The position numbers were made by a program, and so were the translations under genes. The notes under the pieces are model-generated. The model saw only the letters and a program-made list of their open reading frames with translations, had not been told where the DNA came from and did not search any database. DNA of 63,369 nucleotides, counting the filler, from Reticulomyxa filosa (taxonomy: Eukaryota; Protista; Foraminifera): the NCBI GenBank assembly GCA_000512085.1. It is 18 parts of 18 records of this genome, joined end to end, with 100 filler letters (N's around TTAATTAATTAA, not from the genome) between each part and the next. Parts side by side here need not be neighbours in the genome. Positions count along the whole stretch, not along the records: positions 1 to 1,000 come from ASPP01048193.1; positions 1,101 to 2,246 come from ASPP01041544.1; positions 2,347 to 3,997 come from ASPP01027404.1; positions 4,098 to 9,317 come from ASPP01007346.1; positions 9,418 to 10,683 come from ASPP01003537.1; 13 more parts are not named here. One strand, written 5' to 3'. Below, in pieces: positions 1-10,783 of the stretch. The first letter of the stretch is position 1, and each line of letters begins with the position of its first letter.

Positions 1-40
<40 letters not shown>
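1..40 (+). repeat. (TAA)n microsatellite, probably intronic
   Basis: About 13 TAA units, followed by an AG acceptor and a likely mini-exon at about 53-88. Confidence 0.85.
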
Positions 41-43
<3 letters not shown>

Positions 44-178
44 TAATAATAGGATAAAATTCAAGATTCGGAAAAAAAGGATAGCCAAGTTCGGATTAGA
101 ATTTTTTTATCCACAAAATGATGTGTATTTTCTTATATTGTTTTTTTGTTTGTTTATTTGTTTTTAAAAAAAAAATAG

Positions 179-1000
179 GACAAAAGTAAACAAGAAATGG
201 AAACAAGTGAAGAAAAAGAACAATCGAAATCTGAAGAATTGAAAAAAGAAGACGAAAAAGTAGAAATTGGAGAGATCAGACCTGGGATCAATTTGCAAGG
301 CTATTGCATGAACAAAGATTGCTTAGCGGCAAATGCAAGACTTCCAGTATGGGTGAATGTAGACTTTACAAGCATTACATTGACATCTGCGAATACATCT
401 TATAAATGTCCTGATTGTGAAAAATCTACGGTTGTCTCGGTTATGAAGGTAATGTTTTTTAATTCCGAGCATTCAATTTATGCGAGTGATGGTTCGTCAC
501 ATGAAAAGGATTACAATTATCAGCGCACTTATCCAATTCAATCCGAATTGACATATACACTAAAAGCAAATAGAATTAAACAGCATGCAAATAGTTTGGA
601 AGATTTAATCACTAGAAGTGAGAGTGCAATGACAAGCATTGAGATTTTAAATTTGGTGGCAGAGTTACAAAAATATGGCATTACAGTTGTGAAACCACCA
701 AAGGTCAAAGATACAACAAGATTACATGAAAAGATTAACTGTGATTACGATGGAGATTTTAATCGGGTATTTGATGTAGGGAGATTTACCATTTTATGTG
801 ATAATAAAACTAAAATGCAAACAGCTGTAGAAGTAATGAAGAAGGCAGAAAAATTCAATTTGATTGTATCTGAAGATAAAGACTTTTTTGAAAAGCAATC
901 CAAAACGCATCATCGATTTCACAATATTAAATTATATGTACCAAAGTATGATGTATATGTAGAAATGCAAGCAACATTAAAGAGCTTCACAACATTGGAA
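179..1000 (+). CDS. Zn-binding (4-Cys) domain fused to RelA/SpoT-like nucleotidyltransferase domain; internal exon, 3'-truncated by contig end
   Basis: Acceptor AG at 177-178, in frame with ORF 197. N-terminal PGINLQGYCMNKDC...CPDC. Then RelA/SpoT-type motifs in the expected order: KVKDTTRLHEK, DYDGD...FDVGRFTI, KDFF...THHRFHNIKL, VEMQAT. Confidence 0.75.
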
Positions 1001-1494
1001 NNNNNNNNNNNNNNNNNNNNNNNNNNNNNNNNNNNNNNNNNNNNTTAATTAATTAANNNNNNNNNNNNNNNNNNNNNNNNNNNNNNNNNNNNNNNNNNNN
1101 ATTGATTGGTGGGCTCATCTTCTTTGGGAGTGCACAGTCTTTGACAAGCCTTTTCAATTCTGTGATTTCAATGCCACGACGAGTTTCATTACCCAATGCT
1201 CGACCTCGCTTTTGAGTAGATACAACTTGGACCAATCTGTGTGTTGAATCATTCCTGCTTTCGCGACTATGTCTTTGCCACTTTTGTTCAAGTCGATAAA
1301 TCGCGTCTGGTGTTCCCACAGTTAGGTCGTCGTCAAAACCTTGCACTTTTCTACTTTTCTCATCTCACCGTTTCGCTTTTGTTATTGGTAGTTTTTTTCT
1401 TATCATTGGTCGTTTGCTGTTGACGGAGTTGTAGTTGCCACAGTTGATGGCATCCTTATCATTTTTTGTCCTTGCGACTGTGACTGTGATAAAG

Positions 1495-2196
1495 CTATAA
1501 AAAAGAACAATGATCTATCCCAAAGCAATGTCCAATTTCATGAAAATAATGTACGTAACCAACCATCCGAGCGACTTTTCCAGTTGTAGTGGCGACAGCA
1601 GCCGTCAAATCCACGCCATATTCATTCAATGTAAACAGCGCAACATGAGACCATATCCTTTCCAGTGTTTTTGACGGCAACGTTTCATAAATGGATTCAT
1701 CTACGACACCAATGATGCAATATCTTTTTTATGTAATATAAACATATATACATATATATTTTTAAAAGTTGGAGGTTTCAACATATAAACTTTTTAAAAG
1801 GGTTCCAAAAAAAAAAAAAAAAAAGAAAGAGGCTTACCCAGTATGCGATAAAGGCTTCTTCATGACTGGGTTGGTGACATGTTTGAAAAGATGGAGCAAC
1901 GAGTCCATGATGCCATTGAGTTGCAAAAATTTAGAGTCTTTGCTTTGGACGATGAATTTGGCGTAGTTGTTTCTGTTCCTGTGTTTGAAAGAAGGGAAAG
2001 ATGATGACGACGATTTCAGTGAAGACGACACTTCGATCCAGCTTTTTGATGCATTCCAACAATTTGCAAAGTGGTCGTATATTTGGGGAGCACTTCGACC
2101 TTGAGACAGTAATAACGTTGCAAAAAGTCTCAACCACTTGCAGCAACGATGTCTTTTCGCTGTTCTTGGTCTACCACTGCCATTTTCAACTCATGG
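1495..2196 (-). CDS. Archaemetzincin-like (peptidase M54) zinc metalloprotease, spliced fragment, possibly a pseudogene
   Basis: HEIGHCFGIDHC (HExxHxxGxxHC) in ORF 1495-1680. Upstream exon contains FLQLNGIMDSL. Intron with poly-T/(AT)n at about 1725-1837. The frame breaks right after the Zn motif. Confidence 0.55.
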
Positions 2197-3049
2197 CATT
2201 TCTTTAAACGCACATCGTCTTAACCCTTTTTCATTGTTTTTTTTTTNNNNNNNNNNNNNNNNNNNNNNNNNNNNNNNNNNNNNNNNNNNNTTAATTAATT
2301 AANNNNNNNNNNNNNNNNNNNNNNNNNNNNNNNNNNNNNNNNNNNNCGAGACTACTTACGTCACAATGGAGTCAGTATGACTCCAAATATGCAAAGTTGT
2401 TTTCGTTTTTAATTTAATTTCCAAAAACGCCTTCTTACTTTCTTAAAACGTGTTTCTCCGCTCCGGGTTCTCTACAACTGATAAGACTAAAGTTAAAGAA
2501 GAGTGGAAGATTGTTTTATTGGAGGAAAAGGATTTCTTCGTTCTAATTAGGGCCCTTATCCTACACGAGGTTAAATATTACAAATAATATCTCTTTTTTT
2601 TTATGATAGAAATGATGGATTTGAAAAGAAAAAAAGATGAAACAATAACAGATATTAACAATGTAATAATCCAATTGTTGGGACTGATGATATTACATTA
2701 AAAATAAATATCTGTTTCTTCCAAAAGAGGAAAACAATAACTAGATTTATAATTAATTTATTTATAACTTATTTAATAATGCAAATTCTTATCATTGTAA
2801 ACACTTTTTTGTGATTATTCAAAATGACAAACATGCAATCTGATTATATATATACATAATCTAAGTGAAAATGTAAGAAAAAATATATCTGAAAAAAGCA
2901 AAATAATAACATGAATATTCCACCAATGATATTAATTTTCATCAGCCTGATAACGATGAAGAAAATGATCAAATGTAAATGAGTAAAAAAATTATAATAC
3001 AAAATTATTAATAAAGAATTAAATAAAAAAAAATATGGAAGGGAATACT

Positions 3050-3860
3050 TCTGCAATAAATTATTTCATCAACTTGGAGAACAATATATTTGTATTTTAA
3101 TGTAAAAATATTAGTTTAAAATTTACATGAAATTGCTGTCAAAATTAATCAAATCAATAACAGAAATGGAAATCAGAAAGTAATAATATGTTCAGTTTTT
3201 AACTCAAATTATGCAAAAACTTAAAGGAAAAAAGATTATAAGATATTAAAAATATTAAAAATTCAGATATACATTTTATTGAAAAATGTAGAAATCTAAA
3301 TGTGGAAAAAGTAGAATATTTCAAAGATTTACTAATATTGAAAGTATTATTTGTAAATTCACATAGTGTTAGCAATACAAATTTATTTTAAATTTTCATC
3401 GTGTTTAATAACAATCGTAATAGAAAATATTTTGAATGCATAAGAAAAAAGAAACATAAATATATATTGTATTATGGAAAATATTTCAGTGATTCTATCT
3501 TATGTACAGTTATTCAAAGACATTAATATGAAGTTTTTTTTGCTTTTTTTTTTTTGTGATAAATTGACTCTAAAAAAAAAAAAGGTAAAAAGGAAATATA
3601 ATTGAAAATAAAACAAAATTATAATATAGTAATAACAGTCTTCAATTCCAAAATTTATAAGCATTTTATGTAAAATAAATTCATTATTTGAAAAGGAAGT
3701 AGAAGATCAAAAAAAAATTACAGAATTTATTATTATTGGTGGGAGATTGGAATGCAAATTAATAAACATGATCAGATGAAAAAATAAACAGTATTGGAGA
3801 AGTTGTTGTCCACATTTTACATTACAATACATTTAATCACAATCTAGAGTCTTTTCACTA
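3050..3860 (+). mobile_element. Highly decayed non-LTR retrotransposon relic (ORF1 plus APE endonuclease fragments)
   Basis: 3299-3346 NVEKVEYFKDLLILKV matches NVERLERFKGLPVVKL of the element at 24-30 kb. 3452-3517 KYILYYGKYFSDSILCTVIQ matches YCYILCKGQHASDSIICEVIR. About 3730-3756 IIIG-GDWNA is the APE GDxN motif with a 1-nt shift. Confidence 0.6.
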
Positions 3861-3892
3861 ATACATCTTCTATTTAAATGCATTTGTTAATT

Positions 3893-3923
<31 letters not shown>

Positions 3924-4127
3924 TTGTAAAAGATTGCACTGACTCTTTATGATTTGAGATATTATTGAAATTTTTTGTTCAAATTATATATATATATNNN
4001 NNNNNNNNNNNNNNNNNNNNNNNNNNNNNNNNNNNNNNNNNTTAATTAATTAANNNNNNNNNNNNNNNNNNNNNNNNNNNNNNNNNNNNNNNNNNNNAAA
4101 AAAAAAAAAAAAAAAATTTCTCAAAAG

Positions 4128-5369
4128 TTGGACTCGAACGACGAGTTCGTGCGATACTCCGTGGTTCGTCCCAGAGACACAGAAGGGACGGCGTATGTCG
4201 TGTTTCGTGGCTCTCAGACCACTACCGACTGGCTGTCCAATTTGAACGCCATGCCTCTGAAGGTCAAAGAGTATGGATTTCGGGTCCATAGTGGTATGCA
4301 CGCACAATTGCAACATAAGGCTTTGGAAGAACTAATCGATCTATTTTTGACAGGTTTCTTTTTTTTTTTTTAAGTGTAACAAATTCGACATTTAATAAGC
4401 CCTTTTTTTTTTTTTTATTTATTGTTTGTTTCTCTTTCCTTGTTCTCCTTTCCCCTTTCTCCATCTTTGTCTTCTCCTAGGCAACCAAGAGAAATTGGTG
4501 ATAACAGGACATTCATTAGGAGCAGGGTACGCCGTCTTAGCAGCAGCTGATTTGCTGGGGGCACTTGGAATAAACTATCCCATGGCTGTGTACACATTTG
4601 GTGCACCGCTAGTTATTGAAAAAAACGCTGCGATTATCTCCGCTATTGGTTTGTAGTCTGTTTTTTTTTGTGGAAGAAAAAAAGAGCTTTTGTGAGAGAG
4701 AGAGAGAGAGAGATGCAAGAGAGGGATGCAAAGGGGGGGGGGAAATATTTGTTTTAATCGTTCTGTTACTCATACTTCAATTTCGAATGTTTCTATAGGT
4801 CGAATACTTGAAAAGATAGTGTACAACTTCGTCAATCAATTTGATGTGATTCCACGACTTCAGACAAGTGCGTCGTTCCCTTATTTGTCAAATCTCATCG
4901 GACAAACTGTTGATTTGATATTGAAGGGAAAAGGAGGCATTTTTGCATTGGGAGCCACTTTCCTTGATTTCCGACGACTAGGAGCTACACTCTTCAAAGA
5001 CAATTGCAATCTTGAAGTTTTTCACCTTTTTTTTTTATAGCTTCATATTCCTTACACTCTTTAAACAAAAAATAAACAATTTTTTTTTTTTTTGAAGAAA
5101 CTACACGAGTTATGCCAACAATCCTATGGACCCATCGGCAACTATTATTTGTTGTTTGACAAATATTTACCTTGCAAAGTGTCGAAATCTGAAATCTATG
5201 TGAGAGTTTGGAAGGAAGATGCCTAAAGATGGAAAGTGAAAAGTTATTGTCATTACTTCCAAAGTACAAGGAACTGCACCCTCTGGAACTCCATAGAGAT
5301 CATCGATCCTTCCATTATTATTGTAAAATCGCGTTTTTGGAAATGAATACCGCAAACAATGAAAATTGA
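4128..5369 (+). CDS. Class 3 lipase (alpha/beta hydrolase), 5'-truncated, spliced
   Basis: Exons about 4128-4353, 4481-4648, 4799-5016, 5098-5369. Motifs VVFRGS..DWLSN, VHSG, ITGHSLGAG (GxSxG), YTFGAP, FVNQFDVIPRL, YGPIGNY and C-terminal RDH..HY. One frameshift at an A-run near 5192. Confidence 0.9.
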
Positions 5370-7007
5370 AAAAAAAAAGAGGAAAAATTTCGGGTGAAAA
5401 ACATGAAGTATGTTTACTAGGACCTTAATCAAATCATACGTTCTACTCATTTCAATGTTTGTTTGTTTTGTTTGAGTAAATTGTTAGTTATCAATTAATT
5501 TTTGTTTGAAAATAAGTTATCATTTCATCTTAAATGTTTCTCGTTTTTCAGTGTTCAATCATTATCTCACATTTTCAAAAGAAAAGATACTATAAAAAAT
5601 ACAAACACTTTTGATCTTTTTGTAAATTTTTAATTTTGCTCTTGTACATCAAGGTTTAGAATTTGTTTCGTTGGCCACAGGGCAATATTTCTTTGGTTAT
5701 TTTTGCAATTTGAGAATTTTTTTGTTTTTCTATAGGCTCAACTACGGAGATAAATTAGATTTTTAAAATGCAAATTTAATTACAAACTGTTTTTAAGTTT
5801 TAAAAAAATTCTTGATGTCCCTTTTTGTTATGCCAGAAATATTGATCAAATTTCGTGTAATCTCCTTCAAAAAAAGACAATCAAATAAGATAAGATTATT
5901 GAAGTTGAATTTACCAGAAAACACTAAAATAAAGTTAAAACATTAACACTTGAACTAAGCAAACACTATTACGTCAATACATTACAAAAGTAACTAACAA
6001 ACAACCTATAAGAAAAAGAAAATTGCAAAATGATTATAACATTTACAAATTTACACAAAGCTAAAGATACTATTATTAAATTCATTGGAAAAAGTCATAC
6101 GAATTTCAACTACATGTAGTGACAAAAGTATTTACACACTAAAATAGCGCATTATGAATGTGATCCATTTTCTAAATCAAAAATAGTATTTTTTCAAAAT
6201 CTTTTTTTGAAAAATATATGTGAATCTTCAAGTGTTTTGTAGGGTAAGTCAATATTATACAATCTCAAATACTAATGGAACGTGGGATACCGGTGTGTTA
6301 AAACAATCTTCACAACACTTTTGTGTTTTCTTTTATTGTGTTGAAATTATTTTTGTTAATTTAATTTCCTTTTACTGAAGTTGCTTTTTGGAACTAAGTT
6401 CCTTTAGTATTACATTTAGTCGTCTCAATATTCCTACAGTTTCACAATGCATTTCATTTTTTACAATTTTGTCAATTACAAGCATTTTAATTATTTTCTA
6501 TAACATTAGATTTGCTTATTGATTTTTTTAAAATTTGTTGGTAGTTTATTTTATAAATTTTAATTTTGTATTGTTTTCACAGGTATTTTTTTTCTTTTTT
6601 TGTGTTAGTAATTGTAATTAAAAAAATATTTGAAAAGCAACAAAGATATTGAAAAAATGTTGATTTTTGACACAGAAAATAGGTTATTTTCGTGTGTAAC
6701 ACTTTTATCAGCGCATGTATTTACATCATCTCAGTTTACGAAAAAAAGAAATGAACTTTTATGACTGCACATATTGTCTTTTTTTTGGATTCCCCACGAC
6801 TTACAGATATGATTAAAATAAATGTTGGTTTTCATGAATGAATTGCAAATGTTTGTAGTTGTTTATTTTTGGGAATATCTTTTTTGCGGCCGATTGTAAA
6901 TTTGAAATAATACGTCATCAGTTTGATAAATAGCAGCAAAGAAAAACAATCATTACTCCAAAATTTCATATTTTGTACAAAATACGGCTGATTATTTCGA
7001 TTCTTGA

Positions 7008-9277
7008 TTATTTATAAGTATAATCGAATAAAGTGTGATGAGTGCTGTCATCAAATCGGTGCCACGTTTGCGTCAATTTCTTAATATATTCTTCGTCAAT
7101 ATTGTCAATGTAATGCATTTCAGGTAAAAATTGAAGTATTTCCGAGGCGAGTTCTCCAAAGAAATTTTTGACAAGTTTATTTCGCACGTCTGTGCATTGC
7201 AGGTCAATATAACGACACCTCATTTCATGAACGAATTTGGTTTGGTCCTATTGTCATGTATCAATACAATTTTATAGGGATTAGGTATTTTGGTTGATAA
7301 TTGTTGTATTTATAAATAGTGCAATGCACTTGCGTGCACAAGTGCAAAAAGCAAATAAAAGCGAGAGAACTTGAGAAGAATAGAGGTTTTTCCGCACCGC
7401 AAGCAAGTAGAAAGTAGTGCGCTGAAAGCGAAAAACATGTGGAGTTAAGAGAAGCAAAGAGAGGAAGACAAAAGCATAAATGCAGGTCAAGAGGAGTTGC
7501 AAGTAGTCGATGCGTTGCCACCCATCGAAATAGAAAGTGACAACAAACGCAGTCAAGGGATAAAAGAACGAAGAGAGAAGCAAGAATAAATATGAAGGCA
7601 GCAAAAAGTACAGCGTAAGAACGAAGCAAAGGAGAAATAGAATACTAAAGCATTTTCCACAAATGCTATGAGAATTCAAAGTTGCATTCAATTCCAGCCA
7701 TATATCTTGGGTGTACTTACATGAACAAAAATCACGAAGTAGAGCTGTAGGTGTTTTTTTAATAAAACCGTGAAACAGTCTTGGATGGAAGTCACGCAAG
7801 TGCTGCCAATCAAAAGGATTATCCAAAGGTGGTGGAGGAGTTGTAGTTGCAATATCAGCAGTGGGCAATTTTTGCAACTCCAAATGCCCTGCAATTAACT
7901 CGACCTCTTTTTCATCCGTGTTCTTTTCTTCTTGGCTTACTGTCGTGTCTGCTGTTTTATTTTCTTCATTAATCACACGCACGTATACATTTATTTCGTA
8001 CTCATTTATGTATGTACATATATGAATACGTAAAAAAAAAAAAAAATTAATGATACGTATAACTGTGCACACTTTGGCGATAGGCATTCGGAATTAAAAG
8101 TAAGTTGGCCCATGGTTCATTACTGGAATGCAAAATATGGTTAATAAAATACTGTTGAATGTCGCCGACAGGACGTGGCACGATTCTTTCTTGCGATTCT
8201 TGTGTATATTCGAAATTGACAAATCTGATTTTAGTGTGTTTAAAAAAGCTCCACACAAGCGTGTAGTTCGCAATACCCAAACGCAGCCAATGATCGCGTT
8301 CATTTTTTGCGTCGTAAAATACAAAGTCGAGCAATGGTTTTGCAAAATTCGCCGAGCTACGATGAAAGCCATTGACCATATAAAATAACGCAGGGATGAA
8401 CACAAGCTTGGCTATCTCCACAATGAATAAGAACACACCGCATGCAAACAGCACAACAGATGGCACTATGCACATCACGAAAGCCATACCGATCATACCT
8501 ATCCAAAAAAAAAAAAAAAAAAAATTATACGTGTATATGCATGTTACAGGTAATTTTACAAAGTTATTGACAAAAATAACAATCAATTTTGAAATCCGAA
8601 AAAAAAAAAAAAAGGAAAGGAAAAAGAAAAGAGAGGAAAAGATATTTGCATTTTGATTTGTTTATTTGTTTGCAGGGAAACGTAACAGCAAATAGCAAAG
8701 AAGAAGTAGAACAAGATTGTGAAGCAACACGAAATGCCACACCCTTTTTCTACTGAGATCCACAACGCTGCACAACATGCGTCCAAATTATAGCAGAAGA
8801 TGGAACAAGACTTTCGACATGACCGTCTGTGCACCTTCATTTTTGGTCATGTGTTGCATTATTTTTATTATTATTATTTATTTATTTTTTTGAGGAAGGT
8901 CATAAAGTAACACTATTTTGCATGTTCACGATGAACATGCAAAATAAAGTACTTAATTAATTATATACGTATACACACACACAAGAACGTGCGCGATACG
9001 AAACTGGTTCGATTATGGTCACATTTCCTTGAAAGTCGTGATTGAAAACGGCAACTCTAGCTCCAACTTCTTGAGGAGGAAAACAGCAACAGCAACAATA
9101 GCTGGTGAAACAGCAGGTGCAGCAGCCAATACACTCTCGGCAGCTGCAACAGCGAGTAGTGCATTCTTCATTAATGAAAACAAAAACACTGAGCATCAAA
9201 CCCAATAAAGCAACTACCAACCCTCCAAAAAAACATGCCCAATTGGGCCAGGATTTTGTACACCCATATTTGCCCAC
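7008..9277 (-). CDS. Multi-exon, multi-pass membrane protein of unknown function, 5'-truncated
   Basis: Successive GC-richer, hydrophobic and Cys-rich ORF segments (7008-7250, 7281-7970, 8060-8500, 8680-8840, 8995-9277) separated by poly-A/T introns. No family motif recognised. Confidence 0.55.
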
Positions 9278-9483
9278 TAAGAGTAAAATCCGATATCTCC
9301 GCGAAGCGCGCTTTGTGNNNNNNNNNNNNNNNNNNNNNNNNNNNNNNNNNNNNNNNNNNNNTTAATTAATTAANNNNNNNNNNNNNNNNNNNNNNNNNNN
9401 NNNNNNNNNNNNNNNNNTAAATTGTGAACAATTTAAAATAATACCAAAAAAAAAAAAAAAAAAAAATTCTTCAACAAGAAAAG

Positions 9484-9970
9484 GTGGTGCAACATTTGTC
9501 GCTGTTGCTTCTCTTGCACTCTTGGACGGACTGGAAGAAATCAATCGGGAAGCACTTATGCGTTGGTGCTTATTGAATCAAGGGCATGGGTTTTGTGGAC
9601 GCCCTGGGAAAGTTCCTGACAGCTGCTATGCGTTTTGGATGGGTGGTATACTAAAAGTCTGTCGATGTACAAAAAAGGAGTACATGACAAAGTCGACGCT
9701 TCCACTCAGCAAACAACAAACGTTCCCGATGTGTACGGAATGACTTGCAAGAGATTCAATCGACAATTTGTTTTGTCGTGTCAGTGCGGCTTTGGCGGCT
9801 TTGCCAAACTTCCTCAACATCACGTTGGTGATATTTTACACGCTTACATGGGTCTTGCAGGACTGACACTTATGGGACTGGATAAACAACACTTAACTAA
9901 GGAAGTCAATGCATTGCTTACATGTCCAATCAGTGGACCATGCGATTCAAAAACTTCATCGAACACCTAA
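9484..9970 (+). CDS. PGGT1B: Protein prenyltransferase beta subunit, most like geranylgeranyltransferase type I beta; last exon
   Basis: GGATFVAVASL, GFCGRPGKVPDSCYAFW, GGFAKLP...DILHAYMGLAGL. Frameshift at the A-run near 9671-9677. Confidence 0.8.
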
Positions 9971-10783
9971 TTCACAAAAATCTGTAATCAGATTTATCCT
10001 ACATTAAACAAAAACAAAAAAAATGCAACCTTAGGATGTTTATATCCTTCAACTTTCTTTTTAGTGTGCTCTTTTTTTGACTTTCAAACAGTGAAAAATA
10101 ACTTTATGATTTTATCACTAATTTTCCTTTTTCTTTTCTGCAATGGGAAAATTAGTTCCTAAACAATACAAATGTTGTGCCATGATTAAAAATGTTTTTT
10201 ACATCAAAATAAAATTTAAATCTAAAGCTAAATAAAATATGAAACATTAAGTCAAACATATAATGAAATAATATGTTATGAAGCGGCCGATTATTATATA
10301 CAATCAGATTGATCTACACTTATATAGTATATGATATTATTTACATTTTTGATTTATTATATTCAACAATCAAATGTGCTGATAATATGAAATTACAGTT
10401 TGACTGAGCTTAGTTTGTTATGCTGATACTTCAACAACTTCACGATTACTAAAGTGAATTTATCGATATGGCTACAGTAATTCCATTACTGACGGCAACG
10501 AAAGTTTAAATATAAGCATTAGTTTAACTTCAGCAAAAAAAAAACTATAGCCCCATTAATAATCATTTGAAACTTTTCATAAAAAGTTGTTTTTTGAAAA
10601 AGATTTGTGTTTGAGTTGACCACAGACTTCGACATCTGTTGAGATTTGAAGTTCATTTTGAAAAGTCAATATAAATATACTTTNNNNNNNNNNNNNNNNN
10701 NNNNNNNNNNNNNNNNNNNNNNNNNNNTTAATTAATTAANNNNNNNNNNNNNNNNNNNNNNNNNNNNNNNNNNNNNNNNNNNN

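Noticed and set aside
1-40. (TAA)n at the window start as a possible telomere
   Set aside because: It runs into an AG acceptor and exon, and the same AAT repeats occur inside other introns.
1001-1100. Repeated N44-TTAATTAATTAA-N44 blocks (also starting at 2247, 3998, 9318, 10684, 18675, 20484, 31081, 34669, 35909, 37409, 38560, 40226, 42593, 46900, 49903, 53993)
   Set aside because: Identical 100-nt artificial contig linkers with stops in all six frames. Not a biological repeat or CRISPR array, and synteny across them is meaningless.
1053-1346. LTVGTP as a DEAD-box helicase motif Ib
   Set aside because: No other helicase motifs nearby.
2369-2385. Short inverted repeat GGAGTCA-GTA-TGACTCC
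   Set aside because: A 7-bp stem is expected by chance in 63 kb; no second copy or context supports a function.
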